64,000 nt of DNA, taken from NCBI RefSeq assembly GCF_001194135.2, contig NC_068983.1, forward strand, positions 61,118,314-61,182,313, written 5' to 3'. How positions within the stretch are numbered: the stretch's first letter is position 1; the number at the start of each line of letters is the position of its first letter. This DNA comes from Octopus bimaculoides (lineage: Eukaryota). Positions 40,549-52,720 of the stretch are shown here, one piece after another. The notes under the pieces were generated by a model. It searched no databases, was not told where the DNA came from, and saw nothing but the letters and a program-made list of their open reading frames with translations. Both the position numbers and the translations under genes were made by a program.

Positions 40549-40718
40549 GTCTGCGACCCCACAGCTGCATCAAGTGTAACTACAAAGCAACAACTAGCAG
40601 TAACTTAAAACGCCACATGGCAATACATGCAGACCTTCGAGAATATAAGTGCAACCAGTGTTCTCATTACTTCAGACAGAAAATCCACTTAGAGAGACAT
40701 ATGAAGTACAAACATGAA
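40549..40718 (+). CDS. Zinc-finger gene, coding exon 5 (fingers 2-3)
   Basis: CCTAG|GT acceptor; LRPHSCIKCNYKATTSSNLKRHMAIHADLREYKCNQCSHYFRQKIHLERHMKYKHE; GAA|GTTAGT donor; phase 1 in and phase 0 out. Confidence 0.92.
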
Positions 40719-41390
40719 GTTAGTAAATAGAAATTTTCTTTTCCTTACATTCTGTTCTGCAAGACATTAATGCTACCTTTATAAAGTTTTGTTACACATA
40801 CAAAATATATCCTAGTAAATTTCCACTTTCTTCTTTTCACTATTCAGCATTGCTTCCTACAATACTATACTATGTAACTTATCTTTACAATTAATTATTC
40901 ATTAGACAGATTAATGTGTAAGAGCTATTGTAATGCATCATTCTAGCCAACATAGACTTTAACAAGATGTTATGCAACACTTGAGGCAAGTGTCTTCTTT
41001 GCCAAGGCTCTGGTTGAGTAATATCTCATATCTTTTGCCAGTGTATGTCAGTAAAGTATAAAACCATCCTGATAAGCTGGTGATACTCCCCTCTCACACT
41101 TGCTGACAAAAATGTAGTAAGCCAATAATAGACTCATTGAAAACCTGTAACGAGTGAAATATAAAATAAAATAAGTATAATAAAAGGGACATATATTGAA
41201 ATACAGGAAAAAAGTATCAAAATATCAATCTGCATTGATTTACATAGTCTTATCTCAGTCTGTCACTCATTCCCTGTCTATCAATCAGCATCATAGATGT
41301 AATATTAGTTATATGGTAGGAAATTGTTTCTTTAAAAAAGCTGAAAATTTAAAAATAATGATAATTGTTATCTATCTTGCTTTCTTTCAG

Positions 41391-42947
41391 GAGAAAAAAA
41401 TCCGTTGTCCTCTCTGCACCTATGTATGTGCAAATGAAAACCCAGACCTGAAAATTCATATTAAGCGACGCCATGTGACATCTGAGTCTACTGATGGTGC
41501 AATGCAAGCTTTCACTTGTGGTGATTGTGGCCTAGTTACGATGAGCAAGAAAGATTTGAAGCAACATGCCAAATTCCATCGCAAGGGACCTGAACTAAAA
41601 TTATTCTGTGAGCAGTGTAGTTTTGTGACTGACTGTGAAAGTCGTTTAAGGCGACACGTCCTGACTCATACAAAAGTGAAGCCATTCAAATGTGGCTTGT
41701 GTGAATATCGTGGATCTCAGAAGGAACATGTATTAAGACATATGAAATCACGGCATAGTATAGATATCCAGCGTAACCCCCGGCGACAGCGAGATGATGA
41801 AAACGGCCTGGATAATCTGGAACGAGACAAAGGTGATTTTACAAGTCGTGATAAAATCTTTGCTTGCAATCATTGCACAATGAAATTTTCCAAGTTGATC
41901 AATCTCTATAAACATTTGCATACACAACACAAAACTATCATGCCATCAGGTGGGCAGAATGAATTTTATTGTGTAGTTTGTGATTTCAAAACCATCAACA
42001 AGAAGAATTTACTGGTGCATATGCGTAAACACAACATGCAAGAGCAAAATCCACCTTCTCATGTATATTCATGTGTTCTCTGTCGCTATGTGAACCCAAA
42101 GCGACGGAACTTATTCCAACACATGATGAAAAAGCATGGTATTGAGATTGTGATGAATATGAAAGATGACTGGTCATCGAGTTGTTTTATTGACAATAAT
42201 GTTCCCACAGTACATGATAAGGGAGAGACTAATGAACCACAAGTAATGACTGTAAATAATAATGTTGTGACAACTACTAGTGATGACTGCAACCAATTGA
42301 TGGTTGTTACTGATGATGGTGGAAGTAATCCTGTACAGACTGTCATTACAATTGAGGATTTAGCTTCTTCAATGACTAAACCAGTGAAAATGGCACAGGT
42401 CACCTTACCACCTGAAACTGAAGAACTTTCCCACAAACAGCTCACTGATGATTTGACACAGCAACAACACGCAGCTGATGCTGTGGAAGGTTTACAAGCT
42501 TTGGCAGAACAGCCAGGGATTGTTGAACCTGATTCTCACTCTCAGTCTGATGATAATGAAGATGATGTTATCCTTGATGATGAGGATATCAAAACAGAGT
42601 CAGTTGAGACTGAAGATATATGTAATCCATCTCCAATTGCAGCTGATGCACCAGCATTAGTTCTTAACCAGTTGCCAGATGATGGTGAGGTGAAAGATAG
42701 TGTTGAGCTCACTTCTGACCAGATTGTGCACTTGTCACCTGGTGACTATGTTGAAATTAATGGAGAACTTTATAAAGTGGAAATTTCTACAGAGCCTGCT
42801 GAAGAAACAGTAACAACAACCGGTGATAATGGACTAGAAGCTGTTCCTGTAACAGCAGCTGTATCTGAACTATTTGGAGCTCTTCCTAATTATGATACAA
42901 CTGTAACTGTTCCTCCTGCATCCTCTACCTCTACTTTTGTAGCGTGA
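41391..42947 (+). CDS. Zinc-finger gene, last coding exon (fingers 4-10 plus acidic C-terminus)
   Basis: TTTCAG|GAG acceptor, seven C2H2 fingers, TGA at 42945-42947. The six exons sum to 4668 nt (1555 aa plus stop). The CxxCx(Y/F) finger style is REST/ZFAT-like, but no ortholog was recognised. Confidence 0.93.
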   Translation, partial: EKKIRCPLCTYVCANENPDLKIHIKRRHVTSESTDGAMQAFTCGDCGLVTMSKKDLKQHAKFHRKGPELKLFCEQCSFVTDCESRLRRHVLTHTKVKPFKCGLCEYRGSQKEHVLRHMKSRHSIDIQRNPRRQRDDENGLDNLERDKGDFTSRDKIFACNHCTMKFSKLINLYKHLHTQHKTIMPSGGQNEFYCVVCDFKTINKKNLLVHMRKHNMQEQNPPSHVYSCVLCRYVNPKRRNLFQHMMKKHGIEIVMNMKDDWSSSCFIDNNVPTVHDKGETNEPQVMTVNNNVVTTTSDDCNQLMVVTDDGGSNPVQTVITIEDLASSMTKPVKMAQVTLPPETEELSHKQLTDDLTQQQHAADAVEGLQALAEQPGIVEPDSHSQSDDNEDDVILDDEDIKTESVETEDICNPSPIAADAPALVLNQLPDDGEVKDSVELTSDQIVHLSPGDYVEINGELYKVEISTEPAEETVTTTGDNGLEAVPVTAAVSELFGALPNYDTTVTVPPASSTSTFVA

Positions 42948-44226
42948 GTGCAACTTTGCTGTAAACTATTGTTAATGCTGTACAGCTGTAAGGGCACAGT
43001 GCTGCAGGGACATCGAACACAGTTTAGAGTGTAATATTTTGCCAGAAAGAGGTAAAGAACTGCAGAATCTATAATGTAGAGTTGCAGAAGTCGATATGTG
43101 TATGTGTGTGTGTGTGTGTGTGTTGATCTGCAGGACTAGCATTTGAGTGCTAATGTGGAAGAGTGTATACCACATAGGTCACTCTAGTACTTGTGCAGTT
43201 GTATAAACTTTGAAGTAAAGACTTCTTTAAAGTTATATTTGAGCTGTTTGTTGTAGATCAACCATTAAAGTTTTAACACAATTATTGATCTTATTGTCCA
43301 GGATAGCTACTGCTGCTGCTACTTCTACAGCTACTACTTCTACGACTAATCTTGATTTTCTTTTTGATCATCAGCAGCTTTTGATTATGTCTTGTAATTG
43401 GTTTAAAATCATTTGAAGTTAAGGATTTGTAATTACATTTTAATTTTGTTTCTTCTCTGTTCTGTGATTAATTTCAACATTTCTGATAAAACAACAAACA
43501 AATAAAGAAACACCAACAGCAACAGCAACAAGCTCAAGAACAACCAAGAAAGCAGTTCCCCAGCAGCATTCCTAAATTTAAATAAAAATGTCCTGCCCTA
43601 AAGCCTTTTGGTTCATGCAAAAGAGAAATGATTTTTCTATCTTCTTTCCCCAAGATAAACTGTTCCTGTTTAAGGATATCCTTTCAAGGGATGAGTTTGA
43701 ACTAAAGAATTGTTGAAGAATATTTGTTGATGTTTAGTTTTTCCTTTAACATTCTTGATATTTCTTCTGCAGTCTCTAGTTCACACATTTTCTCTTTCTT
43801 CTTGTGTGTGTGCATATGCGTGCGTGCGTGTGTTAAATAGTAGAGAAATGGATAATATACTAAAGTTATAATGTTAATATCTTCAGTGACTCACAACATC
43901 AAAATTAAGCTGTCATTGGAAAAAAGGAAATATTACAGATTGTGTTACACAACAAAAATGTGACAAAAAAAAATTTATTTTTATTGTTATACTAATAATT
44001 TTGAAAATTATTTCTCTATTCTCAGGTTGATAAATAACTTGTGAGTGAAATTTGGTAAATGGAAACTAAGTGGAATCCTGTTGTGTGTGTGTATATATAT
44101 ATTGTATTGTCAGATAAATTCATTTGTTTTGTTTTTTCCATTTATTTTAATTCTTATTTTTCATCAGCAATTTTAACAAATAGGTCGATAATGTAATCTT
44201 CTTTATTGTTTATGACTTCTTACCAA

Positions 44227-45161
44227 TGTTCTATTAGCTTTTCAATACTTTGACAGTAGAAACCACTGGGTCTTCACTCAAAGAATTCATTGATCCACTT
44301 TTTCAGCTCCATGTTGAAAAAGACTGCTGGAGGGCAGCTGGAAAAAGCATGTAAACGAACAACCGTGCGAACCAAGGAGAATGGCAACGAATAGGAGAAG
44401 CTCTTTTTACACACGTCGTATGGTCGCCACAAAACAAGTAATATAACATAAGATGGGCTCGCAATGAGATGCGAGCAAGTGCTAGCAATGGAATGAGAGA
44501 GTGACAGACAACCGTTAGATATATAAAGAGTAGGTTTATTAACATAGTGAACTGTGTGTGTGTGTGCATGCGGCAATATAAATAACGCAGGCCTTCGTGT
44601 GAACAATAGTGTGTATACAACAATATGTGTGTGAAGTTAAGCGTCGATGCTGGACTGGTTACTTGGTACAGAAGATTCTCGCTGGTTGGTCTGGCTGTTC
44701 TTCGTGGTGGAAACAATCCACTCAAACAGTGTTGAGATGAAACCGCGGTTGTTGGTGTGTGTACTCTGGTGGTGGTGCTGGCGATGGAACTGTAATAGAC
44801 AGTAGATTGGTGATGTTGACGTCGTCGCTGGAAACTGGCTGGTGCTGTGTTCTGTGTGTGGTCTGCAACAAGACCTGTGAGAGGTCTAAAGCCGAGACAA
44901 ACTGGCGTGGTTGAAGCAGGCTTATTTATAGATGAAAAAGGGCTCACTGGAAACCGGCAGAAAACACTCTCTCACATGACCTTATTAGAAGGCCACGATT
45001 GGACGGTATGCACCCTGGCGTGAAACAGAACTGTTGACAAATGCCGCACAAATAAGAACTAATCAGGGTGATGGACACAAGGGTCCAAGCGGCCGAAAGC
45101 TAGATGTTAGCCGCCACATTATCATTTGTAATTAAATACCGGAGAGAGAGGTTTCACTACA
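44227..45161 (-). mobile_element. LTR of an LTR retrotransposon (935 bp) followed by a PBS-like sequence
   Basis: The minus strand runs TGTAGTGAAAC...AATAGAACA (TG...CA), with TATAAATA at 44930-44923, AATAAA at 44540-44535, and then TGGTAAGAAGT at 44225-44215. It is GC/CpG-richer than the flanks. No TSD or second LTR was found. Confidence 0.65.
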
Positions 45162-45887
45162 GGCTATAATCTGAAGATGTTATATCAGGAGACTACAGTG
45201 GGTGCAATAGACCTTACCAATCAAGTGAAGATGATGGTTAACAGTATCATGAGAGTATCTCATTTATGGATTGATGTGGATCCTCATGGATGAGCTTGTT
45301 CAATTGATATTCAATGAACTAAACAGGTCGGCTGAAATGCAGAGCATCTGTGAGGTCAAATTTCTCTTCCTTGTCATGTGAAAACATTTTCTATGCAGTT
45401 CTTTCAGTAATAGTGTTTTCACACACAACACAAATTTCTCAAGCTGTTTTTGGCAGCTTTGGAACCTTGATTGAAAGCAAAGAGAAGCAGGTGTCAAAAA
45501 TGCTCATTTTTTTACCTTCTTGGCAATCTGTCATCATATCTCTGTAAAGAAGTAAAATTTATTCACATTTAAAAAGCAATAAACAAAAATTGTAGAGAAA
45601 GAATAGAGCTATAAAAAACCATAAAACACTGTGATGGAAATATAAAAATATTTTTTGTATTGGAAAAAAACAAATGAATATCTAACAACCCATTATATAT
45701 ATCTGTACATATACATAAATGTAGAATATTGGAATGAGTGCTCAACACTACATTGGTGGATAGATAGATTGTTTTCTAAAATGGAGGCAAACAACTTTCA
45801 TGCGATCGAAAAATTGTGAAGATACTTGGATATTCTTCTACTCTTCTTAACATGAAACAAATGGTAGCCTTTATTCACAAATAAAGA

Positions 45888-45930
<43 letters not shown>

Positions 45931-46065
45931 ACGAGGGGTAATGGTGTCAATAAGACCCAAAGGTGTCAGGTAATGCTGAATAAGTGCTATGGACAGACTA
46001 TAGTTAAGCTCCAGGTTCTGTGATTATGCGAATAAGGAGTCCAATGTAGGTCATATATTAGCATG

Positions 46066-46607
46066 CATATATATATAAAAATTAACAGAATGAAATAAAA
46101 ATCCATGGCTGTGAAAGATTTCAGAACATTTATAAATAGGTCCTACAGCTGTTTCCGGGATATTTTATATATCCCTTCATCGGAGACGGTGTGAGAAAAT
46201 GGTTAAACAATAGTTATTCTAGAGAAGATATGAAATAGAGAGTAAAGTGGAGGAATGAAAATAAACATGAGATATGCAGGGATATTGTATCTGTAGTTCC
46301 ATTATTTAGGCAGAATGGTATATATATAAGAAGTAAGTTCCAAGGTACAAGAATCTTATATATATACCATTCTGCCTAAATAATGGAACTACAGATACAA
46401 TATCCCTGCATATCTCATGTCTATTTTCATTCCTCCACTTCACTCTCTATTTCATATCTTATCTAGAATAACTATTGCTTAACCATTTTCTCACACCGTC
46501 TCCGATGAAAAGATATCCCAGAAACAGCTGTAAGACCTATTTATAAATGTTCTGAAATCTTTCACAACCTTGGATTTTTATTTCATTGTTAATTTTATAT
46601 ATATATG
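46066..46607. repeat. Long inverted repeat (arms 46066-46331 and 46354-46607, 22-nt loop); each arm carries a hammerhead-like motif; Penelope/retrozyme-like
   Basis: The arms are reverse complements at high identity and are flanked by (TA)n. Confidence 0.9.
46140..46187 (-). ncRNA. Hammerhead-ribozyme-like motif (type I, palindromic stem III, variant core)
   Basis: GUCU-CCGAUGA-A-GGGAUAU(AUAAA)AUAUCCC-G-GAAA-CAGCUG-UA-GGAC. Stem I is GUCU/GGAC, stem II is 7 bp, stem III is the self-complementary ACAGCUGU, and the cleavage triplet is GUA. It deviates from the consensus by U4C and an A/G apposition next to the core. Confidence 0.5.
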
Positions 46608-46630
46608 TTTCTTATTTACGATTGACGGAT

Positions 46631-46968
46631 GTTAACACGTTTCAGCTGATATACCGTCCAACCTTCATCAGGTGTCTTGGGGAAATTTCGAACCAGGGTT
46701 CTCATTCTTAAGGTATTTTTCGTTGTTATGATTATTATTATTATTCAGGTCACTACCTGGAATCGAACTCAGAATCTTGGGCTTAGTAGCCCGTGCTTTT
46801 AACCACTATGCCATATGCCTAAGATTCCGAGTTCGATTCCAGGCAGTGACCTGAATAATAATAATAGTAATAACCTCGAAAAATACCTTAGGAATGAGAA
46901 CCCAGGTTCGAAATTTCCCCAAGACACCTGATGACGGCTGGAGGGTATATCAGTTAAAATGTGTTAAC
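46631..46968. mobile_element. Inverted pair of tRNA-headed SINE-like elements carrying CTGATGA...GAAAC motifs (arms 46631-46778 and 46821-46968)
   Basis: The minus copy has an A box (TGGCATAGTGG), an anticodon-like hairpin (GGGCTACTAAGCCC) and a B box (GAGTTCGATTCC) at 46819-46748. (AAT)n follows, then GACAC-CTGATGA-AGGTTGG...CAGCT-GAAAC-GTGTT. The plus copy starts just before the B box. Confidence 0.8.
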
Positions 46969-48994
46969 AAACAAGATGAGGACAAATATCCATCACTTGT
47001 AAATGATTCCTCATCTCTTAAATATAGAACTATACATGGTACATAATTTAGAATTCATAATTTGTCTGCATATTGTGTATAGTCACCTCCCAGATAAAAA
47101 CTGGGTTTTGTATTATTTTCCGCAAAGGCTTATGTCTTTATTAGGATTACTTTTATGTTATCGGTTCCCTTATTTTCCAAATGTTGTTTAGATGGGATGC
47201 CCTGCAAGAATTCCTGAACACTGACAACCTAGTTCTCAAGGATGAATCAGTTAAAGAGTTAAAGAAAAAGTTCCAAACAGGAGGTCTTGCAGTGCATCCT
47301 GTCTTGAGCTCCTCTATAACAACACCTGGAATATAAGGGAACTGGTAACCTAGGCCTGATAGAGATGAACCTGCATGCTATATTTCCTAATGAGTCTTGT
47401 TACTAACTCATTTTGGTGAAGTCACTTTTGTACATGGCTTGCACAGCTCTCACATGCCTTTATCTACATAATTTTCTTAGCAACCACCAGACTACATAGC
47501 ATGGGATATGTCAGAGGCCTTCTCCAGTTTAACAAATGCTAGGTACAATGGCTTACTCTTAGCTAAGAACTTCTGTAGTTGTTTATTAGGAAGTGGCTAT
47601 CAGTGCTACCATGTCCTGTCATAAACCCAAATTACATCTGATCTAATTTAACTTACCTCTTAATTAGTTGTGCTATAATTCCTTTTATCACTATCATAAC
47701 TTAGGCCATCAATTTGATTCTTCTGCTGATATTTCTTTCTAGAACATTGATTCCCACTTTTTTTTTTCAGTTTTATCTGTCTAAAGTCTGACAAATTCAA
47801 ATTACTCAGGCATAAAATGAAACATTGTGCATTACATAAAATAAGTACATAATTCTCATACAATTCAGCACTTATTGTTCAGTGCTACTTTAGATTTAGT
47901 TGTTTTCTTAATATTAGATTTTAGATGTGTGGTTTAGTTTTTGATAGAGCCAACCTCTTATCTGTGCTTAGAGCTATCTGGTTTCTAGTTTTGGACTAGA
48001 AATTGTTGGTAAATTGTTGAGAAGCTAAGTTCTTTCATAGGTTATGGAAAATGGAAAAAGTTCATTGTTCCTTGTTGATTCCAGAAAGATGCAATAACCT
48101 TAAACGTGTCAAATGAGCTACTTGTCATGAAATATATCTCCACTTCAGAAATTATATCATCTTTGACTTCCTTTAAAAACAAATAGTCAAATTAATTTCC
48201 AAAGCATTGTCATCATAATCAACTATTTTAAATTTATAAGCAAATTTATTGGATTTATATTTATAATGTACTGTATAATAAATATATATTACAAAAGTTG
48301 AACTGACTGAGAGTTCAAGTGTTGCTATCAGCTTATTTAACTGGTTGAATAGGTTGTTCAGTGAAACTGGAAATCCCATTTAACACAAATTTTATAAATT
48401 TGTCTTTATTTGCTGTATTAAGACACCTTGTTAGTAAATGTTCTATTGTTATTTTTAAACTAGTTTTAAAATATCTCAATTCATAAAAATATTTCAAAAT
48501 ATGATTATAAAAATGTGAGCTCCTTTAAGGTTAATGAAAACTCTCCAGGAGTAAATGTCTGGCTATAGGTCCCCTGCAGTAGCATGAGAGAAATAAAGGT
48601 ATGATTCAACAACGCTATTTAAATCAACCTCAGCTAAGATAATCTAACTCGAATCAAGTTTACATTTTATGTTATGCCAAAACACTTTTGAGTATTGATT
48701 TAATTTTAAATATGGGTCAGTACCAGTTACACATTCTAGTTATGGCTTTGCATATGCAGATATGATTTTAAACAATAGAGAACTCAACAAAAAATGCAGT
48801 GTCTAGTAATTTTATTAAGATACTGAATTAGTCATTGATATCAATCAGCTATTGGTTTCACTATATCTTCAGATCATAAGGTAGTATTATTTCAACCTTC
48901 TATGACTAGTAAATAAACACCCTTATAATCATTAAAATTCATTTAAATCTGAAATTATACTTTCAAATTATCTATTAATTATTATAATGTAAAT

Positions 48995-50095
48995 ATCTAA
49001 TAACCAGTAGACCTGTCCTTTGCATTTTTCAATGCAAGAATTCTATTGGGCGTGCTACTGATCAGATGACAAGTATTCTCTCGAGGAGTTTCATACAGAA
49101 ATCTCAAAAGGTCTGGCTTTGAGGATGCTTTCTTGTTCTTTTTATGAAGTGTCCTGTCCATTATTCCTCAAAAGTGTTCAATAGGGTTCATATCTAGTAA
49201 TTAATTGGCTTGGCCATGGAAGCTTTTTAATGCCATTCTCTTCCAACCAATCTTGGGTCTTTTTAACTGTGTGGCAAGGAGCCCTATTGTCCATAAATAA
49301 AGAGTCTTTAATCATTTCACCACTGGAGAAGATTGGAAGGAGTCCTTCCTGCAATATGGACACATATTTATTTGAGTTTATGTTTCTCTCAAGCAACATC
49401 AGCACTGATTGACCATTGCTCCCCACACTTTCACAGAATAGCCGCTGTGTTTTATTGTTGGCTGCAATCTTTTCACATCAAATTCTTGATCACAGTCTCC
49501 AGATCCACACTCAACCACTGTCAGAAAATACAGCAAACCTGGATTCATCTGAGAATATGATAGTGTCCCAAAATGTTAATGGCTTCTCCACTATCTTACT
49601 GGCCCAATCTTTTCTCTGCTTGACATTGGTTGGTCAAAGAAGTGGCTTCCTTCTTCTTGCTCTGTCAGTAGCCAAGTTTGAGGAGATACCTGACAGTTGT
49701 TCTAGGACTGACATCAATTTGTTCTAGGTCAGGCCTTGCAATGAGGATTATCTTCCGTACTTCTCTTAACAAAGTGAAGGGTCCTGGTCAACCTGGATGA
49801 GGGGATGTAGACTCTTTCCCTCTCTAGTGAATTGCACAATCACTTTATTAACTGTAGAAAGTGAGATTCCAAGGTTTTATGTTATTTTATGCTAAGTACA
49901 CCTTCAGACTGACCCACAATATGACTGCTTTGAAATTCCGACAGTTCCAAGGCTTCTTTTGTATGTGGCATGATTAAACAGTCACATATAGAACCCGAAA
50001 CATAAAAATGCCAATTAATAAAAAATATAAACCTTTTTAATTTAAAATAAACATAAAATAATGTTTTATGGGATGACAATTTACTTGTCAAGTCT
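48995..50095 (-). mobile_element. Tc1-like transposon remnant, near full-length but broken transposase
   Basis: N-terminal ELSEFQSSHIVG and STVNKVIVQF (HTH), catalytic FMDNRAPCH...LPWPSQ, and C-terminal RILALKNAKDRSTGY*. TIRs were not identified. Confidence 0.8.
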
Positions 50096-50100
50096 GTGTA

Positions 50101-50151
<51 letters not shown>

Positions 50152-50829
50152 NNNNNNNNNNNNNNNNNNNNNNNNNNNNNNNNNNNNNNNNNNNNNNNNN
50201 NNNNNNNNNNNNNNNNNNNNNNNNNNNNNNNNNNNNNNNNNNNNNNNNNNNNNNNNNNNNNNNNNNNNNNNNNNNNNNNNNNNNNNNNNNNNNNNNNNNN
50301 NNNNNNNNNNNNNNNNNNNNNNNNNNNNNNNNNNNNNNNNNNNNNNNNNNNNNNNNNNNNNNNNNNNNNNNNNNNNNNNNNNNNNNNNNNNNNNNNNNNN
50401 NNNNNNNNNNNNNNNNNNNNNNNNNNNNNNNNNNNNNNNNNNNNNNNNNNNNNNNNNNNNNNNNNNNNNNNNNNNNNNNNNNNNNNNNNNNNNNNNNNNN
50501 NNNNNNNNNNNNNNNNNNNNNNNNNNNNNNNNNNNNNNNNNNNNNNNNNNNNNNNNNNNNNNNNNNNNNNNNNNNNNNNNNNNNNNNNNNNNNNNNNNNN
50601 NNNNNNNNNNNNNNNNNNNNNNNNNNNNNNNNNNNNNNNNNNNNNNNNNNNNNNNNNNNNNNNNNNNNNNNNNNNNNNNNNNNNNNNNNNNNNNNNNNNN
50701 NNNNNNNNNNNNNNNNNNNNNNNNNNNNNNNNNNNNNNNNNNNNNNNNNNNNNNNNNNNNNNNNNNNNNNNNNNNNNNNNNNNNNNNNNNNNNNNNNNNN
50801 NNNNNNNNNNNNNNNNNNNNNNNNNNNNN

Positions 50830-51055
50830 GTGGCACATAAAAGACACCATTTCGAGCGTGGCCGTTTTCGTGCGGGTGACACGTAAAAGCACCCACTACA
50901 CTCTCTGAGTGGTTGGCGTTAGGAAGGGCATCCAGCTGTAGAAACTCTGCCAAATTAGACTGGAGCCTGGTGTTGCCATCCGGTTTCACCAGTCCTCAGT
51001 CAAATCGTCCAACCCATGCTAGCATGGAAAGCGGACGTTAAACGATGATGATGAT
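50830..51055 (+). mobile_element. Young RTE LINE 3' end with (ATG)n tail, adjoining a gap
   Basis: ...CCAACCCATGCTAGCATGGAAAGCGGACGTTAAACGATGATGATGATGAT. Confidence 0.85.
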
Positions 51056-52360
51056 GATATATATATATATAATGCTGGTTCCATGATAAACCGCACCCAG
51101 TACTCTGTAAAGTGGTTAGTGAATGTGCTGAGATAATGTAGAGTTGAGTGGACCCTTAAGTCTGTCTTAGAACATCACAGCTTTTCTAGTGCTGCTACTA
51201 GTATAAAATGCTTATAACACAGTGTGTGAGTTATATAACATTCCTGAAAATCTCATTTAAAAATGGTTTCTACAACATATAACACACATTCACACATTTC
51301 ACCACCTCACCATTCAAATATATTTTGAGTTTAAAGGAGGACAACATTAGCAATTATAGAATTGACAGGTCTTTTATAGAACACACATTTTCTTCTATTA
51401 ATAGCTCTGGAAGATATGATCTTTGCCACTTGGAGAATTATAACATCTTGCTACAACATTTTATAATTTTTAGTAAAAAAATGGAATTAATGAATTCCTG
51501 CAACACTCCCACTGATATTTATTGACAAATTTCTGAATACCAATTGGCTAAAATAGTTTATTTTCAACATAATGGATATGTCATATCTTCTGAGACGCTC
51601 ACATACTGTAAAAAGAAAAAAACAGATTTTCGTCATCTGCATAAACATTCACTACTTTCTTGCCTTTGTGTATTTTGCACATACATTACTGAAGATAGGG
51701 ATAAAGTTTTTTTAATTTATTTTTGTTATAATTGTGGCATCAGTACTTATTTGGTTACCTCGTAACCAACAAGACTAAATACCCAACACTTTATAGTCTA
51801 TCCATTTGTGCAGGGCAATGGGATCTACAAGGTGAGTAGCAGAGAGACTGATCACAAAAGAACTGGAATGGGTGGCTGAAAGGAACAAGAGTATGATAGT
51901 GGAAACAAAATAGTTAGGGTGAAGGGGTAACAAGGTGAGAGTAATGAATAGTAACTGAAATGGACACTGGTAAGAAAGAATAATGGATGTCAATAACAAG
52001 TAGCTTGGGTAGAGGGAAAGGTGACTACATCCTGGAAAAGGTGATGGTAGAGTGTGTTCGGTCAAACAGGTCTGATGCAAAACCTAATGCACAGGCCTCT
52101 GAGGGTTGAACATAAGTGATAAAGATGTTGGTAGGAAGCAGACTGAATACAGTTAGTTCCAGTGCTAGTGCTTATTATACAGGTCATGTGGCACACTGAA
52201 TAAAAACAAGGTTATCAGACAGATGAGAAAGCTAGATAATGACATATCTGGTTACACAAGCATGTGAATAGGAAGGATATACTGGTATCCTTAGTAACAT
52301 GGACAACATAATACTGTGAATAAAAAAGGTGATAGAGATAAGAGAATATTGGGAGGAAGG

Positions 52361-52571
52361 AGGTGGTGAGCTGGCAGAAATGTTAGTATGCCAGGCAAAA
52401 TGCTTAACAGTATTTCGCCCGTAGCTATGTTCTGAGTTCAAATCCTGCCGTGGTCGACTTTGCCTTTCATCCTTTTGGAGTCGATAAATTAAGTACTAGT
52501 TGCATACTGGGGTCAATCTACTCGACTGGCCCCCTCTCCAAAAATTTCGGGCCTTGTGCCTAGAGTAGAAA
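52361..52571 (+). mobile_element. Full-length tRNA-derived SINE with an 18-bp TSD
   Basis: TSD AGAATATTGGGAGGAAGG at 52343-52360 and 52572-52589; head GGTGGTGAGCTGGCAGAA; B box GAGTTCAAATCC. Confidence 0.92.
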
Positions 52572-52720
52572 AGAATATTGGGAGGAAGGGCAGACAACAG
52601 TTGTAGACTTAACAGGGACAAGTTGGTTGAGAGACCAAAGTGTAGATATATTATACCTACCAGTCTCCATTTTAACATGCATTTTGTTGTGCTTGTACAG
52701 GTGAGGTCTCCTCCAGCACT

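Noticed and set aside
46748-46819. Functional tRNA gene
   Set aside because: It has A and B boxes but no proper acceptor stem or 7-nt anticodon loop, and it continues into a repeat body. It is a SINE head.
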